IMG/VR virus record: IMGVR_UViG_3300020048_000098
Span: 1 to 64,000 of that record
Origin: an uncultured virus (IMG/VR IMGVR_UViG_3300020048_000098)
Taxonomy: Duplodnaviria > Heunggongvirae > Uroviricota > Caudoviricetes
Length of the DNA stretch: 64,000 bases
Strand: one strand, 5' to 3'
A program made the position numbers and the translations under genes. The notes beneath the pieces were generated by a model that was given only the letters and a program-made list of their open reading frames with translations, was not told the DNA's origin and ran no database searches. Shown in pieces: positions 10,366 through 20,995 of this stretch (its first letter is position 1; each line of letters starts with the position of its first letter).

Positions 10366-11309
10366 TAGTATCTAATCTCCTTAGTAGTTAAGTTATGAGC
10401 AGAAATCCTTTTTAGAGTTATATTCTGTGTAGCATAGGTAGGTAACATATTAGTGTTTACTATATTACCATCATTATCCTTATACCCCCTTGAGAAACCC
10501 TTTAATTCATAGGGTGCTGCAACCATTATCCAGATGTGGTCCTTGAATAAGTAGTTCTTGCTACCCCAGAATAGTTTTAACCTGGGTAAAGAAGCTAAGT
10601 ATCCGTTAGCTTTAGTTAGAGATTCCAGGTATCTGCAATTCCTAATAACATCTTCCCTACTCTCCTCAGTTGCATACCATGAAACAGAGAACTCTAAAGT
10701 ATCCTCAGAACCAGTGAAATGGTAGTGAGGATTATTCCGGCCCATAGAAGCTATAGCTACTACCTTGGATTCGGGTTTTATAGCTAGGGATATTGGAACT
10801 GTTTGGAACCTAAACTGTTCTGTAGTTTTTACGTGGGTTTCTCCCCCGTCTAAGTTATAGATAGAGATATATTCGCTTTTTACAAATGCCTCTATTTTGT
10901 AGGAACGTAAATCCCTAAGCAGGATATTTTGACTTCCTACCTCAGCCTGCGTATTGGGTGGGATTCTATCTGATACTTTTGGGTAGTCATAAAGGCTAGT
11001 AACCGGGAAAGGGATGTTATGTCCCCCATCTGTTTGTTTTTGGTGTTGCTCCCTTATATCGTGTTTTGCTAACCGTAGGGATAACAAGTGCCGGTTAACT
11101 GCTCTGTGATATAGTACAGGTACTATCCTACGGAGTTTAGAAATCTCCGTTGCTTGGGTACCGCCAGATTCCAAGAATTTCCAATCTAAGTTTGGAATAT
11201 CCTTGTACATCTGCTGTATTTGTTTTCTGTAGGCTTTAGTTATATCGCCATCTCCCATGAAATCTGCCATATCGTTAGAATTTAAAAGCTGAATATAATT
11301 GTTTATCAA
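10365..11309 (-). CDS. Tail tube initiator / distal tail-like protein
   Basis: Position after tape measure; GRNNPHYHFTGSEDTL and P.L.L.WG motifs. Confidence 0.55.
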   Translation of the reverse strand: MINNYIQLLNSNDMADFMGDGDITKAYRKQIQQMYKDIPNLDWKFLESGGTQATEISKLRRIVPVLYHRAVNRHLLSLRLAKHDIREQHQKQTDGGHNIPFPVTSLYDYPKVSDRIPPNTQAEVGSQNILLRDLRSYKIEAFVKSEYISIYNLDGGETHVKTTEQFRFQTVPISLAIKPESKVVAIASMGRNNPHYHFTGSEDTLEFSVSWYATEESREDVIRNCRYLESLTKANGYLASLPRLKLFWGSKNYLFKDHIWIMVAAPYELKGFSRGYKDNDGNIVNTNMLPTYATQNITLKRISAHNLTTKEIRY

Positions 11310-13437
11310 CTGTTTTCTCTATATCCTTTGTATCTATAATCTTGCCGTTCAAGTATACGGATACTTTGCCTTTATCAGCAAAGGAATAGAAAGGTTTACT
11401 ATCTCCCCCGTTCTCTACCCTACGTTTGTAATCGTTAAGTGATTTATCTGTATTGAAATCATCATTGTTAGTTTCCCCTTGGTACCTGAATCTCCTCACT
11501 ACATCTTTTGGCATCCTATCCAATACGTTCATCATCATATTCATATTTGAACGGGACATCTGGTGGGTATTTTCCTGGGTTTCTTTAGTAGCTTTCTTCA
11601 TCGCATCAGTGTTATCGAATAAGCTAGCTATTAAGCCAGAACCCATGGTTAATGCCATGGAAGCAACTGGTCCCCAACCCGGTATGAAGGCTAACCCTGT
11701 GGCAGCAGCAGAAGTTAAACCTCCTGCAAGGGAACCCATGTTACCAGTTTTAGCATAGTCCATTCCGTAAGATAACATACCTAGACCACCCCCCACTATA
11801 CCCATAGTTTTCATGCCATTAGCTAGCATACCACCCATGAAACCTGCTTGTTGACCTTGTAGGGAAGCATTATATGCTGCTTGGCTAGCAAACCTACCGG
11901 TAGCCATATTCCTATAAGCAGTTCTACCATTAGCAAGTGTTACCTGTTGTATGTTATTACCTATTGGGTTTATACCGTTTAATCCCCCAGCAGCACCCCC
12001 AGGCCCCATACCGGTTGTACCATTATAAGTAGCAGCTCTTGCAGCTTGACCATACCGTAGAGCAGAGTTTTGTAATCTCTGCCAACCTATTTCCATGGCA
12101 GTTTGCATATTAACGAAGTTAACCCTAGCATCTACGAATACCAGTTTTAAACCCGCTACTACTGCCCTATAAGCAAAGGTGGCAGTTTTAAGTAGGAGCA
12201 TACCCCCTATTAGCATCATGATAGGTTTGCCTAATGGGCTTTCCAATACTTTACCAACTGCCCCTAGAACTTTAGCAAGAATCTCTATGATGGGCATAAA
12301 GGGAGCTACTGCCATAGCAAGGGAAGCAGCTAACTTTTGGAAGGCACTAGCTATACGGTTAATTGCCCCGGATACTGTATTAGCACGTTCCTTAGCATAT
12401 TCCTCAGCTTTACCTTTTATACCGGTGGAGTTTAGTGTAGCTTGGTATTCTTTTAGTTTACCTAGTTCTGCTCCTAAAGCAGCACCCCCCTTAGTAGCTC
12501 TAACCCCGATAAGGTCATAAAGGGCATTACTTGAACTGATAGTAGTTAAACCCTTAGACCTTTCCCCTAATAATCCTAGCAAGTCTATTAGAGGTAGTAA
12601 GTTGCCATGGGCATCTTTTAAGTCCTGGGGAGATAACCCAAGAGCAGCCATACCTCGTTTCTGAACTCCAGTAGCATTACCACCAGCAGCTTTACCCAAG
12701 TACCTATATATGTTTTCTGTAGTAGTACCCGAGATACTACCCTTGATACCAACATTGGCTAATACCATATACGTAGAGAGGGCAGATTGTAAATCTCCCC
12801 CGAACATACGTGCAGCAGCACCCCCGTATTTGAATGATTCACTTACATTCTCCATGGATAAGAAGGACTTATTCATGGCATAGGTTACTTGGTCAGTTAC
12901 CCTAGCAGCATCAGCAGCCTGTATCTTATACCCAAATAATATGTTAGTAAGAACCTCTCCAGAACCTCCTGTACCTTCTAACCTTTCCCCAGTAGCACCC
13001 GATAACATGGCAGCAGCTCTAGTTACATTCTTGATGTCATCTACGTTACTAAACCCGGCTCTGGCTATCATCCTTTGAGCGCTGGCTACTTGGGTAGGTA
13101 GTAAGAGGGACTCATCCCCAAGACTCATTACCTGTTCCCGTAGTTTTTTCATGGATTCTGTGGAAGCATCTGCAGCAATCCGGGTATCTGTTAACATTAA
13201 GTTTAAGTCAGCCCCTTTAACAACAGCACCTGCCATAGCACCTATAGCAGCAGCTCCCATGGCAGCCATACCCCCATAAAAATCTTTAGCAGCCCTAAGA
13301 TTCATCATCATAGTCTGCCTGAAATCACTTTCCAGCTGTTTCATAGAACGGGAGGCTGTTGCTGCAGCCCCCGTAAAATTATCCTTACCGTAAATGTTTA
13401 TACCTATATTTAGTATAGAATCACTGCCTAGTAGCAT
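11275..13437 (-). CDS. Tape measure protein (TP901-family core)
   Basis: Ala/Gly-rich helical protein with LANVGIKGSISGT motif; follows the tail chaperones. Confidence 0.9.
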   Translation of the reverse strand: MLLGSDSILNIGINIYGKDNFTGAAATASRSMKQLESDFRQTMMMNLRAAKDFYGGMAAMGAAAIGAMAGAVVKGADLNLMLTDTRIAADASTESMKKLREQVMSLGDESLLLPTQVASAQRMIARAGFSNVDDIKNVTRAAAMLSGATGERLEGTGGSGEVLTNILFGYKIQAADAARVTDQVTYAMNKSFLSMENVSESFKYGGAAARMFGGDLQSALSTYMVLANVGIKGSISGTTTENIYRYLGKAAGGNATGVQKRGMAALGLSPQDLKDAHGNLLPLIDLLGLLGERSKGLTTISSSNALYDLIGVRATKGGAALGAELGKLKEYQATLNSTGIKGKAEEYAKERANTVSGAINRIASAFQKLAASLAMAVAPFMPIIEILAKVLGAVGKVLESPLGKPIMMLIGGMLLLKTATFAYRAVVAGLKLVFVDARVNFVNMQTAMEIGWQRLQNSALRYGQAARAATYNGTTGMGPGGAAGGLNGINPIGNNIQQVTLANGRTAYRNMATGRFASQAAYNASLQGQQAGFMGGMLANGMKTMGIVGGGLGMLSYGMDYAKTGNMGSLAGGLTSAAATGLAFIPGWGPVASMALTMGSGLIASLFDNTDAMKKATKETQENTHQMSRSNMNMMMNVLDRMPKDVVRRFRYQGETNNDDFNTDKSLNDYKRRVENGGDSKPFYSFADKGKVSVYLNGKIIDTKDIEKTVDKQLYSAFKF

Positions 13438-13448
13438 AGTAGTTAGTT

Positions 13449-14371
13449 TTATTTTCTTTTGTTTAGTCTCTCCGCTTCATCAAAACAGAGTTCCATGAAC
13501 TTCCTTCGTCGAGATACAGGTAGACTTTTGAACTCATGGAATGTGAACCTAAGTCTAAACTGGCAGATGAAGTAATATAGGTTTTCTATATCTCGACTGG
13601 ATAGAAAAAATCTATAAGCCCTAACAGTGACAGTAAAGTTCTTTGGCCAGTTCTAGGGTTTTCTACTTCTGATAAACCATCAAATTGTTCATCATACATA
13701 TCAACATCCTTTCTTAGTTCCTGCATATCTCTTGGAGAGAAGCCCTTGAAATTCTCGACTTTCATGTAAGTACCCTGTACTTTTACTTCTAATTCCCTAG
13801 CACGTAAGTTTGAATTAATTGTGCGTGTACCTGGTGCTAATTCTAGTAAACTTTTTTCTCCATTACCATTAAGATATTGGTATCTAACTTCTTTCCCACT
13901 AGAAAGTGTAAAGGAACGGTGTGTATCACGTTGAAAGATATAGGGAGTAATACGATATTTGAAATATCCTGGGTCTTCCTCACTTGGGAAAGGTTTAGTG
14001 TAATCCCATAGATATTGCTCTAAATCCTCCTGGTATGTATATTTATCTTTGCTATCCCATTCATACTCATACTTAAGTACATTACCTAATGAGAATACCC
14101 GGGAGTGCATTAGTAAGCAGTATTTATCTTTAAGTTTTAAAGCGTTTATTTCACTGATACTAGGATTCTTATCTAAGGATTCTATCCATACACAGATACC
14201 ACTTAGGAAAGTAGTAAGGGCTGCAGCAACATTAACTTGGGTGTTACTCAATACATCATCGTCATCCCCGTTTTGTTCCCTAATGTAAGCTGAGTCACCT
14301 GAGGGTAGGGTTACGAATCTTAAGTTACCATGTAATTGTTGTAACTTTGCTAATTTCTCTTCATTAATCAT
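13449..14371 (-). CDS. Tail assembly chaperone, -1 frameshifted long form (gpGT-like)
   Basis: Slippery T TTT TTC at 13610-13604; the -1 frame is open to TAA at 13451-13449, giving ...DFFLSSRDIENLYYFICQFRLRFTFHEFKSLPVSRRRKFMELCFDEAERLNKRK*. Confidence 0.75.
13586..14371 (-). CDS. Tail assembly chaperone (short form)
   Basis: Between tube and tape measure genes; TLPSG motif; ends DFFYPVEI. Confidence 0.75.
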   Translation of the reverse strand: MINEEKLAKLQQLHGNLRFVTLPSGDSAYIREQNGDDDDVLSNTQVNVAAALTTFLSGICVWIESLDKNPSISEINALKLKDKYCLLMHSRVFSLGNVLKYEYEWDSKDKYTYQEDLEQYLWDYTKPFPSEEDPGYFKYRITPYIFQRDTHRSFTLSSGKEVRYQYLNGNGEKSLLELAPGTRTINSNLRARELEVKVQGTYMKVENFKGFSPRDMQELRKDVDMYDEQFDGLSEVENPRTGQRTLLSLLGLIDFFYPVEI

Positions 14372-14397
14372 AAATCTTGGTTTTTAAGTAAACAATA

Positions 14398-14431
14398 AGA
14401 GGACTATTATATTGGTTTATAATAGCCCTCT
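14398..14431 (-). terminator. Probable intrinsic terminator after tail tube gene
   Basis: Inverted repeat AGAGGACTATTAT / ATAATAGCCCTCT. Confidence 0.5.
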
Positions 14432-14452
14432 AGTTATTGAGTTAAGAAAGTG

Positions 14453-14914
14453 TTAGATTTTCTCTAAGGTATCAACTGATAGAGAAACTCCTTCCATTGT
14501 GTTTTCAGAACTCTTCCTGTCCTGTTTTTGACCTTTTATTTTGCAAGGCCAAACTCCTGAAGCAACCCATGTATTAATGATAGTAGTACCATCTTCGGCA
14601 AGTTCATTAATAATGCAAGTTCTTTTGTATTGTTTAGGAGTTAAACCGCCCCCTAATAGGGAATCTTGGCATGAAGCTTGCCAATCCCAGAAGTAGGTAT
14701 CGGAGCCCGAGGTTGTTAGGATTTTCTCTAGTTCGATATTACCGTACTTAACCCTACCTGCAGTTTTAATATCATGATTGGTATCACCATGATTAACTTG
14801 GTCGGTATCTGTTTCAGGTAAATCTACCTTCTGTACCAAGAATGGTTCCAGAGGGAAAGAAGGAAAAGTTATGGAGAACATAAAGTCCTTGCGTGGATTA
14901 GCTACGTGTGCCAT
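14453..14914 (-). CDS. Tail tube protein (T4 gp19-like)
   Basis: KTAGRVKYGNIELEK, YFWDW, W...GVWP motifs; follows sheath. Confidence 0.85.
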   Translation of the reverse strand: MAHVANPRKDFMFSITFPSFPLEPFLVQKVDLPETDTDQVNHGDTNHDIKTAGRVKYGNIELEKILTTSGSDTYFWDWQASCQDSLLGGGLTPKQYKRTCIINELAEDGTTIINTWVASGVWPCKIKGQKQDRKSSENTMEGVSLSVDTLEKI

Positions 14915-14933
14915 GTTTTATAAGTTTTATTAG

Positions 14934-16787
14934 TTATTCAATAGTGATGCCTGCAGTAGTAAGTACGATGTTGATTAGAACTTCCTGTAAGGGTGCAATG
15001 GTAGTAAGTTTTAATTGTACTTTGTATTTACCTTGTCCGAAATCGATTGGGTCATTAATTTGGAAGTCGGCAGTTGAAGAAGCATTCTGGTCACCCAGCC
15101 ATTCAGTAGCAAAGCAAGCTCTCTTAGTTACTAACTCAGCTAGGGCTGGTTTGCAAGCGTAGTACATATCCCGAATCATTGGGATATCAGTAGGTTCTTC
15201 AATATAGCTTTCAACAGTTGGTTTTAATGTACGGATTACGTAAATCACCAAGTTGTTGATAGATAGGAATTTCTCTGCATTATTCTCTACCTGTCCTGAG
15301 AAGTATCCCCACTGCATTATCTTACCATCACGGTTAATAACCATGTTGATTTGATTTTGAGCAAGTAATTGTAGGTCAGCAAAAGAAGCAGGACTACCAA
15401 AGTTATTTACTACCCCAGTTACTCCGTTTATTACCCCACGGTTTGTACCAGCAATTGAATACCATTCACCATAAGTGGTATGTGTAGCTGCCAAGTTAAC
15501 AAATATTGAGGCAAGTTCACTAATAGATTTTGAAAAGCCTGTGATTGGGTCTGTGATAGTTGTACCACCTGCGAAGTACCCAATATATTTGCTATAAGGA
15601 AGAGTTTTTCTTTTAGCTATAAGAGCTGAAGCAGTTGTTAGGGTGTTATCTAAGTGGTGGTAGAATCTTAGGTCTTTTCTACCAGCAGCATAAGCTTCTC
15701 CGGCTACTGCTATAGCATCAGCATTGTTATCCATAACCCCTAAAGCATAAGCTTCTGAGTAGGTATCAAATGCATGTAAACCTGTTAAGGTAGAGGAGTC
15801 TCCGATATAGTCTGTATTAACTACTGAACCCCCATCACTACCCGACATTACTTGATAGGTACTTCTGTAAGGTTTCTGAACTGTTGTTTTAGCAGATAGG
15901 TCTACGTATATCAATTCTATAAGGTTAGAATTAATATTAATAGCTTGGAAATAAGTTGCATTAGCAACTGTAACATTCTCCAATTTCAAATTTTCGTATG
16001 TTTCTGTGGTACCATCCAAAGAAACCGTTAAGTTGAAGTAATCAGTACTACCATTAGAAGCGTTGGCAACTGTAAGTACTAAGCTATTGTAATTAACACC
16101 AGCATACTTGGCTTTGTAATCAAATAGTTTAGTGTTACCGGCATTTACTCCTGATAAATCACTATCTGGGATACCTACATAATCTGTAACAGCAACTGTA
16201 GCTTGGGAAGCACCTGCAGTGATAGCTGCATCAGTAACAGTAACGGTAGTAGACCCTAATTGGGTAATAAAAATCTTTCTATCATCTGTAGCATTTCCAG
16301 TATTCTGTAGTACTACGGCATCTTTCACATAACCTGTTGCTTTGATTGCAGCGGCAATAAGCTGTAGGAAATTATCATTACTTGTAGCCCAGGTTACTGA
16401 AGCAATAGGACTGTTGTTAACCTTACAGTTAAAAACATTACCTGTTACAGTAGCAGCACTGAAAGTAAGTAATTGTGAAGGATTAGAAGTTGCTTTTACT
16501 GCAGTAAGGGTAGCAGCACTTGTGATATCGGTGTAATGAGCAACCCTGTTCACTCTTAACTTAACACCCTTATCCAACATGTATTGGCAAAGTAATGGAA
16601 AGTCAGATGTAGGGTGATAACCACCAAAAATCTTTTTAAATTGGGACCAACTTGTTATAATGTCCTTTGGGTCATTAACAGGCCCCATGACAGTAATACC
16701 TTCTACAAATACTACCCCTTTAGTAGGAGTATTTGGTAGAGTTATTTGGTTACTGACATTGAAGTTTACTTGAGGAGTGTTAGGCAT
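14934..16787 (-). CDS. Tail sheath protein
   Basis: GPVNDP..ITSWSQF..IFG N-terminus; AGTNRG, NQINMV and C-terminal sheath domain. Confidence 0.9.
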   Translation of the reverse strand: MPNTPQVNFNVSNQITLPNTPTKGVVFVEGITVMGPVNDPKDIITSWSQFKKIFGGYHPTSDFPLLCQYMLDKGVKLRVNRVAHYTDITSAATLTAVKATSNPSQLLTFSAATVTGNVFNCKVNNSPIASVTWATSNDNFLQLIAAAIKATGYVKDAVVLQNTGNATDDRKIFITQLGSTTVTVTDAAITAGASQATVAVTDYVGIPDSDLSGVNAGNTKLFDYKAKYAGVNYNSLVLTVANASNGSTDYFNLTVSLDGTTETYENLKLENVTVANATYFQAININSNLIELIYVDLSAKTTVQKPYRSTYQVMSGSDGGSVVNTDYIGDSSTLTGLHAFDTYSEAYALGVMDNNADAIAVAGEAYAAGRKDLRFYHHLDNTLTTASALIAKRKTLPYSKYIGYFAGGTTITDPITGFSKSISELASIFVNLAATHTTYGEWYSIAGTNRGVINGVTGVVNNFGSPASFADLQLLAQNQINMVINRDGKIMQWGYFSGQVENNAEKFLSINNLVIYVIRTLKPTVESYIEEPTDIPMIRDMYYACKPALAELVTKRACFATEWLGDQNASSTADFQINDPIDFGQGKYKVQLKLTTIAPLQEVLINIVLTTAGITIE

Positions 16788-16848
16788 ATTAAGAATGTTT
16801 AGGTTAATATTCTTTCTGTATTCTTTTGTTAATAATCTTGTAGTGTAC

Positions 16849-17514
16849 CTATGGAGTTACTGAGGGTGTAACAGTTACTTGTGTTAGTTTTGGTATACCA
16901 GTTGCAACCATGTCACGGTTTGTTTCAAACAAATCCGGTATTTTGTATCTGTAGACCTTCTCTATTAATCCTACTTCTTTATCCTGTATCTCTAAGTAAG
17001 ATAAATATAGGGTAAAGAATTTATGGGCTGAGTCATTATAAAATGGTATAAAACCCCTACGTGGGATAGCTAAAGCTAGAAGGGCATTCAATACTCTCAT
17101 CTGTATAGCAGTTTCGGCTATAAGGTGTATGTCCACTATAAAGTCACTAGTTTGGGGTGGTAGTGTTTCTGCATAGTATTTATTAGTAACATTATCTAGG
17201 GTGTATATCCGGCTTGAGTCTCCACCAAGAGAACCCTCCATAACACTCTGGGTTTGTATTACTATACGTGGTACCTTTTTACGTACTCGGGCATCACCCT
17301 TAGCAAAGTTAAATACCTCTATGGAATACCCCTTGGAAGCTACTATCGTATTATAAGCAGCTTCTAAAGCAGTAAACCCCACTGCTGAGTTGGGGTATAG
17401 GGTGGCATTTTGTACATTTGGGGAGTAACCCTTAGCTATACATTCATCTAGCAACCTTTGGAATAGGCTTCTTTCCAATACTTCCTCTACATTTGATAAG
17501 GCTATGTTTGACAT
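16849..17514 (-). CDS. Tail terminator / completion protein
   Basis: Position immediately before sheath; size. Confidence 0.5.
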   Translation of the reverse strand: MSNIALSNVEEVLERSLFQRLLDECIAKGYSPNVQNATLYPNSAVGFTALEAAYNTIVASKGYSIEVFNFAKGDARVRKKVPRIVIQTQSVMEGSLGGDSSRIYTLDNVTNKYYAETLPPQTSDFIVDIHLIAETAIQMRVLNALLALAIPRRGFIPFYNDSAHKFFTLYLSYLEIQDKEVGLIEKVYRYKIPDLFETNRDMVATGIPKLTQVTVTPSVTP

Positions 17515-18095
17515 TAGGCTATAAGGTGTTTGCGTTTAATTGATGCTGATAAGCTCTCTAAGATACATTCTTTTAAGAACCTGTTACCTCCTATAGCTTT
17601 ATAGGTAGGCCTGAAAAGAGGTCTAGCCTCTATATTACGGATATGTGAACCCATCTCAAGGACAGCTGCATATTGTCCTACCTCTAAATCACTTGTAGTC
17701 ATGGGATTTCTAATACCTTTCTTAATACCCACTTCAACTCCCCACTTACCACGGCTGGTATGTACTCGGATATTCCTTTGTATATACCCGTGCCAATGCC
17801 ATAAATCTGCCGGGCTTTGACCATGAGAGGATTTGTATGTAGCATATAGCTCTGAAACTGGTTGCCAATTAGCACCCCCTAAACTGGCGCCATGGTTAGA
17901 GATATTATCAATTAAAGCCTGTCTGTACTTCTTAGCGAATTTTAATTGCCCCTTTTGTACTGCTCTTTTGGCAGTTTCAGGTAACCTCTTGAAAAACTCC
18001 TTAGCAGAAAGCCAATCTCCCTCAAACTCAAAAGCAGGTGAGATATTACTCAACCTGCGACCAGATATATTACCTACTTTTGATATAGTTGCCAT
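17514..18095 (-). CDS. Neck / tail completion protein (HK97 gp10-like)
   Basis: YAAVLEMG....IEARPLFRPT motif. Confidence 0.65.
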   Translation of the reverse strand: MATISKVGNISGRRLSNISPAFEFEGDWLSAKEFFKRLPETAKRAVQKGQLKFAKKYRQALIDNISNHGASLGGANWQPVSELYATYKSSHGQSPADLWHWHGYIQRNIRVHTSRGKWGVEVGIKKGIRNPMTTSDLEVGQYAAVLEMGSHIRNIEARPLFRPTYKAIGGNRFLKECILESLSASIKRKHLIA

Positions 18096-18096
18096 T

Positions 18097-18555
18097 TTAT
18101 TTATGCCCTGTTGGTAGAATCATTCTTTCTAATATTACAAACATTAGAAGTGGGTTCTTATTTGTTTGTGCTACTTCGGTATCTCCCGCGGGTTTGTACT
18201 TTTGGCCATGTAACTCGAAAGTATCCCTATCAGGTCGGAAATCAAAGTACCCATTAGCATCTAGGTAGTTATTAACTCTTAGGTATTCTTTATTAAGGAT
18301 AATCATGATGTTTTCCTTATCCAGTTCCCCCGATTGGGTTTCCTTGTTAATTGGCCAAGTCCTATTAGCGTTATATTGCACCAAACATTCTAGGGATATA
18401 ACAGTAAAACCCGAGGAGGATGGGTCATCCTCTCCGAATCTACTTATAGCTTTGTTAAGCCTATTCCAGGTTATTATCTCTTTACCGAAAGTATCACTTG
18501 CTTGGTTTATTACGTTTTCGTAATTTAACCAATCTGCATCTGAAATGTAGGCCAT
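18097..18555 (-). CDS. Head closure / head-tail joining protein
   Basis: Position in neck module; size. Confidence 0.5.
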   Translation of the reverse strand: MAYISDADWLNYENVINQASDTFGKEIITWNRLNKAISRFGEDDPSSSGFTVISLECLVQYNANRTWPINKETQSGELDKENIMIILNKEYLRVNNYLDANGYFDFRPDRDTFELHGQKYKPAGDTEVAQTNKNPLLMFVILERMILPTGHK

Positions 18556-18569
18556 GTTATTTAGGGTTA

Positions 18570-19349
18570 TTACTCAAACCAATGTTTGAATGGGTACTTG
18601 GAGTGATGGTGGTGAGTATGGTAATATCCTATGACTGGTGCCATTGGGTTTTGGTCTAAATCACCACATATACGAAGTGTTATTCTTAACCTATGGGATA
18701 AATCACAGATATTATCTAATAAGGCAGTGAATGCTCCCCCGGCTTTCATAATAGAACCCCATACATCGGAGTTAGAAAACCATTCAGCTTCTGATGGCCC
18801 AGTAACTACTTTCTTTAGTTCTTTAGGATTAGTACCATTCACTGCTGGTTGCCCAACACTTAATAGGTATTTATTTAACCCCTCTATAATGATATCATAG
18901 GTAACTAATTGAGCAATTAGGTAATTTACTAGTGCTGGATAAGCGAATTCATTATATACTTTGCTTATGTCTATCTCTTGTTCTACTAGAGGTTGAATAT
19001 GCAACTGCCATTTTTTAATTAAAAGGTCTTTACGAATAGGGTCATAGATAACTCCTGCTGGCATTATGCCATCAATGATGCTTGCTATGTTAGTTGGGAG
19101 TGCATTACCTACAGAACTTACCCCTATATGCTGAGAGTAGGCAGTACCTGCTCCATCGGCATTAGTTGGTGTTAAGGATACTACGAAGTAACCTTCTGAA
19201 CTGTATACATGAATTGGATTTTGTGAGGTAGAAGTAGTTCCATCCCCAAAATTCCATAACCACGAAGTAGGCCCATTAGTAGAGTTATCTAAGAACTCTA
19301 CTGTTAGGCCTATTTGGTTAAAACTGAAATTAGCAGTGGGTTTTGCCAT
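18570..19349 (-). CDS. PKD-domain head-tail adaptor protein
   Basis: N-terminal PKD signature PTSWLWNFGDGTTSTSQNPIHVY; position after capsid genes. Confidence 0.75.
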   Translation of the reverse strand: MAKPTANFSFNQIGLTVEFLDNSTNGPTSWLWNFGDGTTSTSQNPIHVYSSEGYFVVSLTPTNADGAGTAYSQHIGVSSVGNALPTNIASIIDGIMPAGVIYDPIRKDLLIKKWQLHIQPLVEQEIDISKVYNEFAYPALVNYLIAQLVTYDIIIEGLNKYLLSVGQPAVNGTNPKELKKVVTGPSEAEWFSNSDVWGSIMKAGGAFTALLDNICDLSHRLRITLRICGDLDQNPMAPVIGYYHTHHHHSKYPFKHWFE

Positions 19350-19351
19350 TC

Positions 19352-19756
19352 CTATTTATAAGCTTCTTCAGCTTTAAGGATGAAATTAACCCTTGCTTCC
19401 TTGTCCTGGATACTTTCAGCTTCTGTGATATCATTATCATCAAAACCTTCAGTTTCCATCCAAGTCAATACTTTAGCTTTTGAAAGCTTCATAAGCATTT
19501 CTTTTCTTTCTTCATCAACTTCAGTTTCATCAACTGCAGGTTTTTCAACTTCAGCATCTCTTAAACCATGGTAGATTTCGAATTCACTAACTGTTGCTGG
19601 GCTGATGTGGCCATTGCGAAGAGCAGTTTGAATCTTCTTAGATTTCATCTTGTTTGAGGTAACCTCAACCACTTCATGATTTCTAATTAATACTCCGGTT
19701 GATGGGTCATGGAAGACAGAAGCCTTCTCACCTAATTTCAAATACTTTTTTTCCAT
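19352..19756 (-). CDS. Hypothetical virion-associated protein
   Basis: ORF between major capsid and adaptor genes. Confidence 0.6.
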   Translation of the reverse strand: MEKKYLKLGEKASVFHDPSTGVLIRNHEVVEVTSNKMKSKKIQTALRNGHISPATVSEFEIYHGLRDAEVEKPAVDETEVDEERKEMLMKLSKAKVLTWMETEGFDDNDITEAESIQDKEARVNFILKAEEAYK

Positions 19757-19805
19757 TGTTAAATATATTTATAATGTACAAATAATAATAGCTTTTATTC
19801 AAAAA

Positions 19806-19833
19806 GAACCTCTAACTTAGTAGCTAGAGGTTC
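19806..19833 (-). terminator. Intrinsic terminator after major capsid gene
   Basis: GAACCTCTA / TAGAGGTTC stem followed by T5 on the minus strand. Confidence 0.75.
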
Positions 19834-19855
19834 CTTAGAAATTGGGGTATTAAAG

Positions 19856-20956
19856 TTATTCAATAACCACGTTTTGAGCAGAGTCAACATCCATGTATGA
19901 TGGGAATCCATGACCTGAGAAAGTCAATGATTGGTCCATGATAACTGCAGAATCTCTGAATGCTTTAGCAAAACCAGTGGTTGTGCTTGCATAGAAAGAC
20001 TCAGTTTGGTTAGAAACGATTCTTTCTGATTCCACCATAAGTGGCTTAGCATTGAATTTGATAAGTGCACTCATTGGGTCAAGGATGATTTGTTGGTTGC
20101 TTGGTACGTTACCATGTACGAAGTAGTTTGTGCTAGTTGGTACTGGAGTTTTCAAGTTAATGTTAGCTAACTGTGTACCACCTGCTACCTTTTTGAATTC
20201 GTCAAGGTTTAAAGTGCTTAATGCAGCAGCTTCTCCACCGATGATAGTGTTTGGTAGTCTACCAATTCTTGACATTCTAATCCATACTCTCAATAAATCT
20301 TGGTATGTAGCAGAAGTACCGGTTGTTGTACCTACTACTGGAGCAGATTCAGAGCCGTCAGCTTGTTCACCATTGATAAGAGTATCAATTGCCAATACGT
20401 CCATTGCATGTCCCATTTTGATACCGAAATCCTTCAAGAAGATGCTTACTACATTTAAAGAAGCGTATTCTGAGATTTCGTAAGGGATTTGAATTCCTCT
20501 ACCTACTTTGTAGATACGGAATTTTTTCTGTCCGTAAGAAAGGTTTCCCAATGGGATAGTTTCTCCAATACCAACTCTACGAGGAGCAGCATCTGACATA
20601 TTCAAGTGAGGCATGATTTGTTCCAAACCAGTTGTTGTTTCCTCACTGATAATGATGTTTGGATAAATCGGAGCAGAACGGTAACCCAATACTAAGGCTT
20701 GGCGGATGATTTCTGGAACCAACCATCTAACATCTGAGTCAGGCATTTGAAATAGATTCTGAATTGTATCAGAATTTTGGTCGATTCCTAAGTCATATAG
20801 GAATTCGCCGTAGGTGATGTTCTTATTTTCTTTTACTACATCAGCAAAAGAAACATCAACTGGGTTTTTTGGGTCTTTACGAAGGTTTTCAGCAATCTGG
20901 AACATCTCCTGGATTGAGCCTTTGTACTGGGATTTGTTGTATCTTTCTATGTTCAT
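19856..20956 (-). CDS. Major capsid protein (HK97 fold)
   Basis: 366 aa; LVPEII, VGIGETIP, KVGRGIQIPYE; position and downstream terminator. Confidence 0.85.
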   Translation of the reverse strand: MNIERYNKSQYKGSIQEMFQIAENLRKDPKNPVDVSFADVVKENKNITYGEFLYDLGIDQNSDTIQNLFQMPDSDVRWLVPEIIRQALVLGYRSAPIYPNIIISEETTTGLEQIMPHLNMSDAAPRRVGIGETIPLGNLSYGQKKFRIYKVGRGIQIPYEISEYASLNVVSIFLKDFGIKMGHAMDVLAIDTLINGEQADGSESAPVVGTTTGTSATYQDLLRVWIRMSRIGRLPNTIIGGEAAALSTLNLDEFKKVAGGTQLANINLKTPVPTSTNYFVHGNVPSNQQIILDPMSALIKFNAKPLMVESERIVSNQTESFYASTTTGFAKAFRDSAVIMDQSLTFSGHGFPSYMDVDSAQNVVIE

Positions 20957-20995
20957 TTTTTCAGGTATTAATATGAATGATTTATTTAATTCAGA

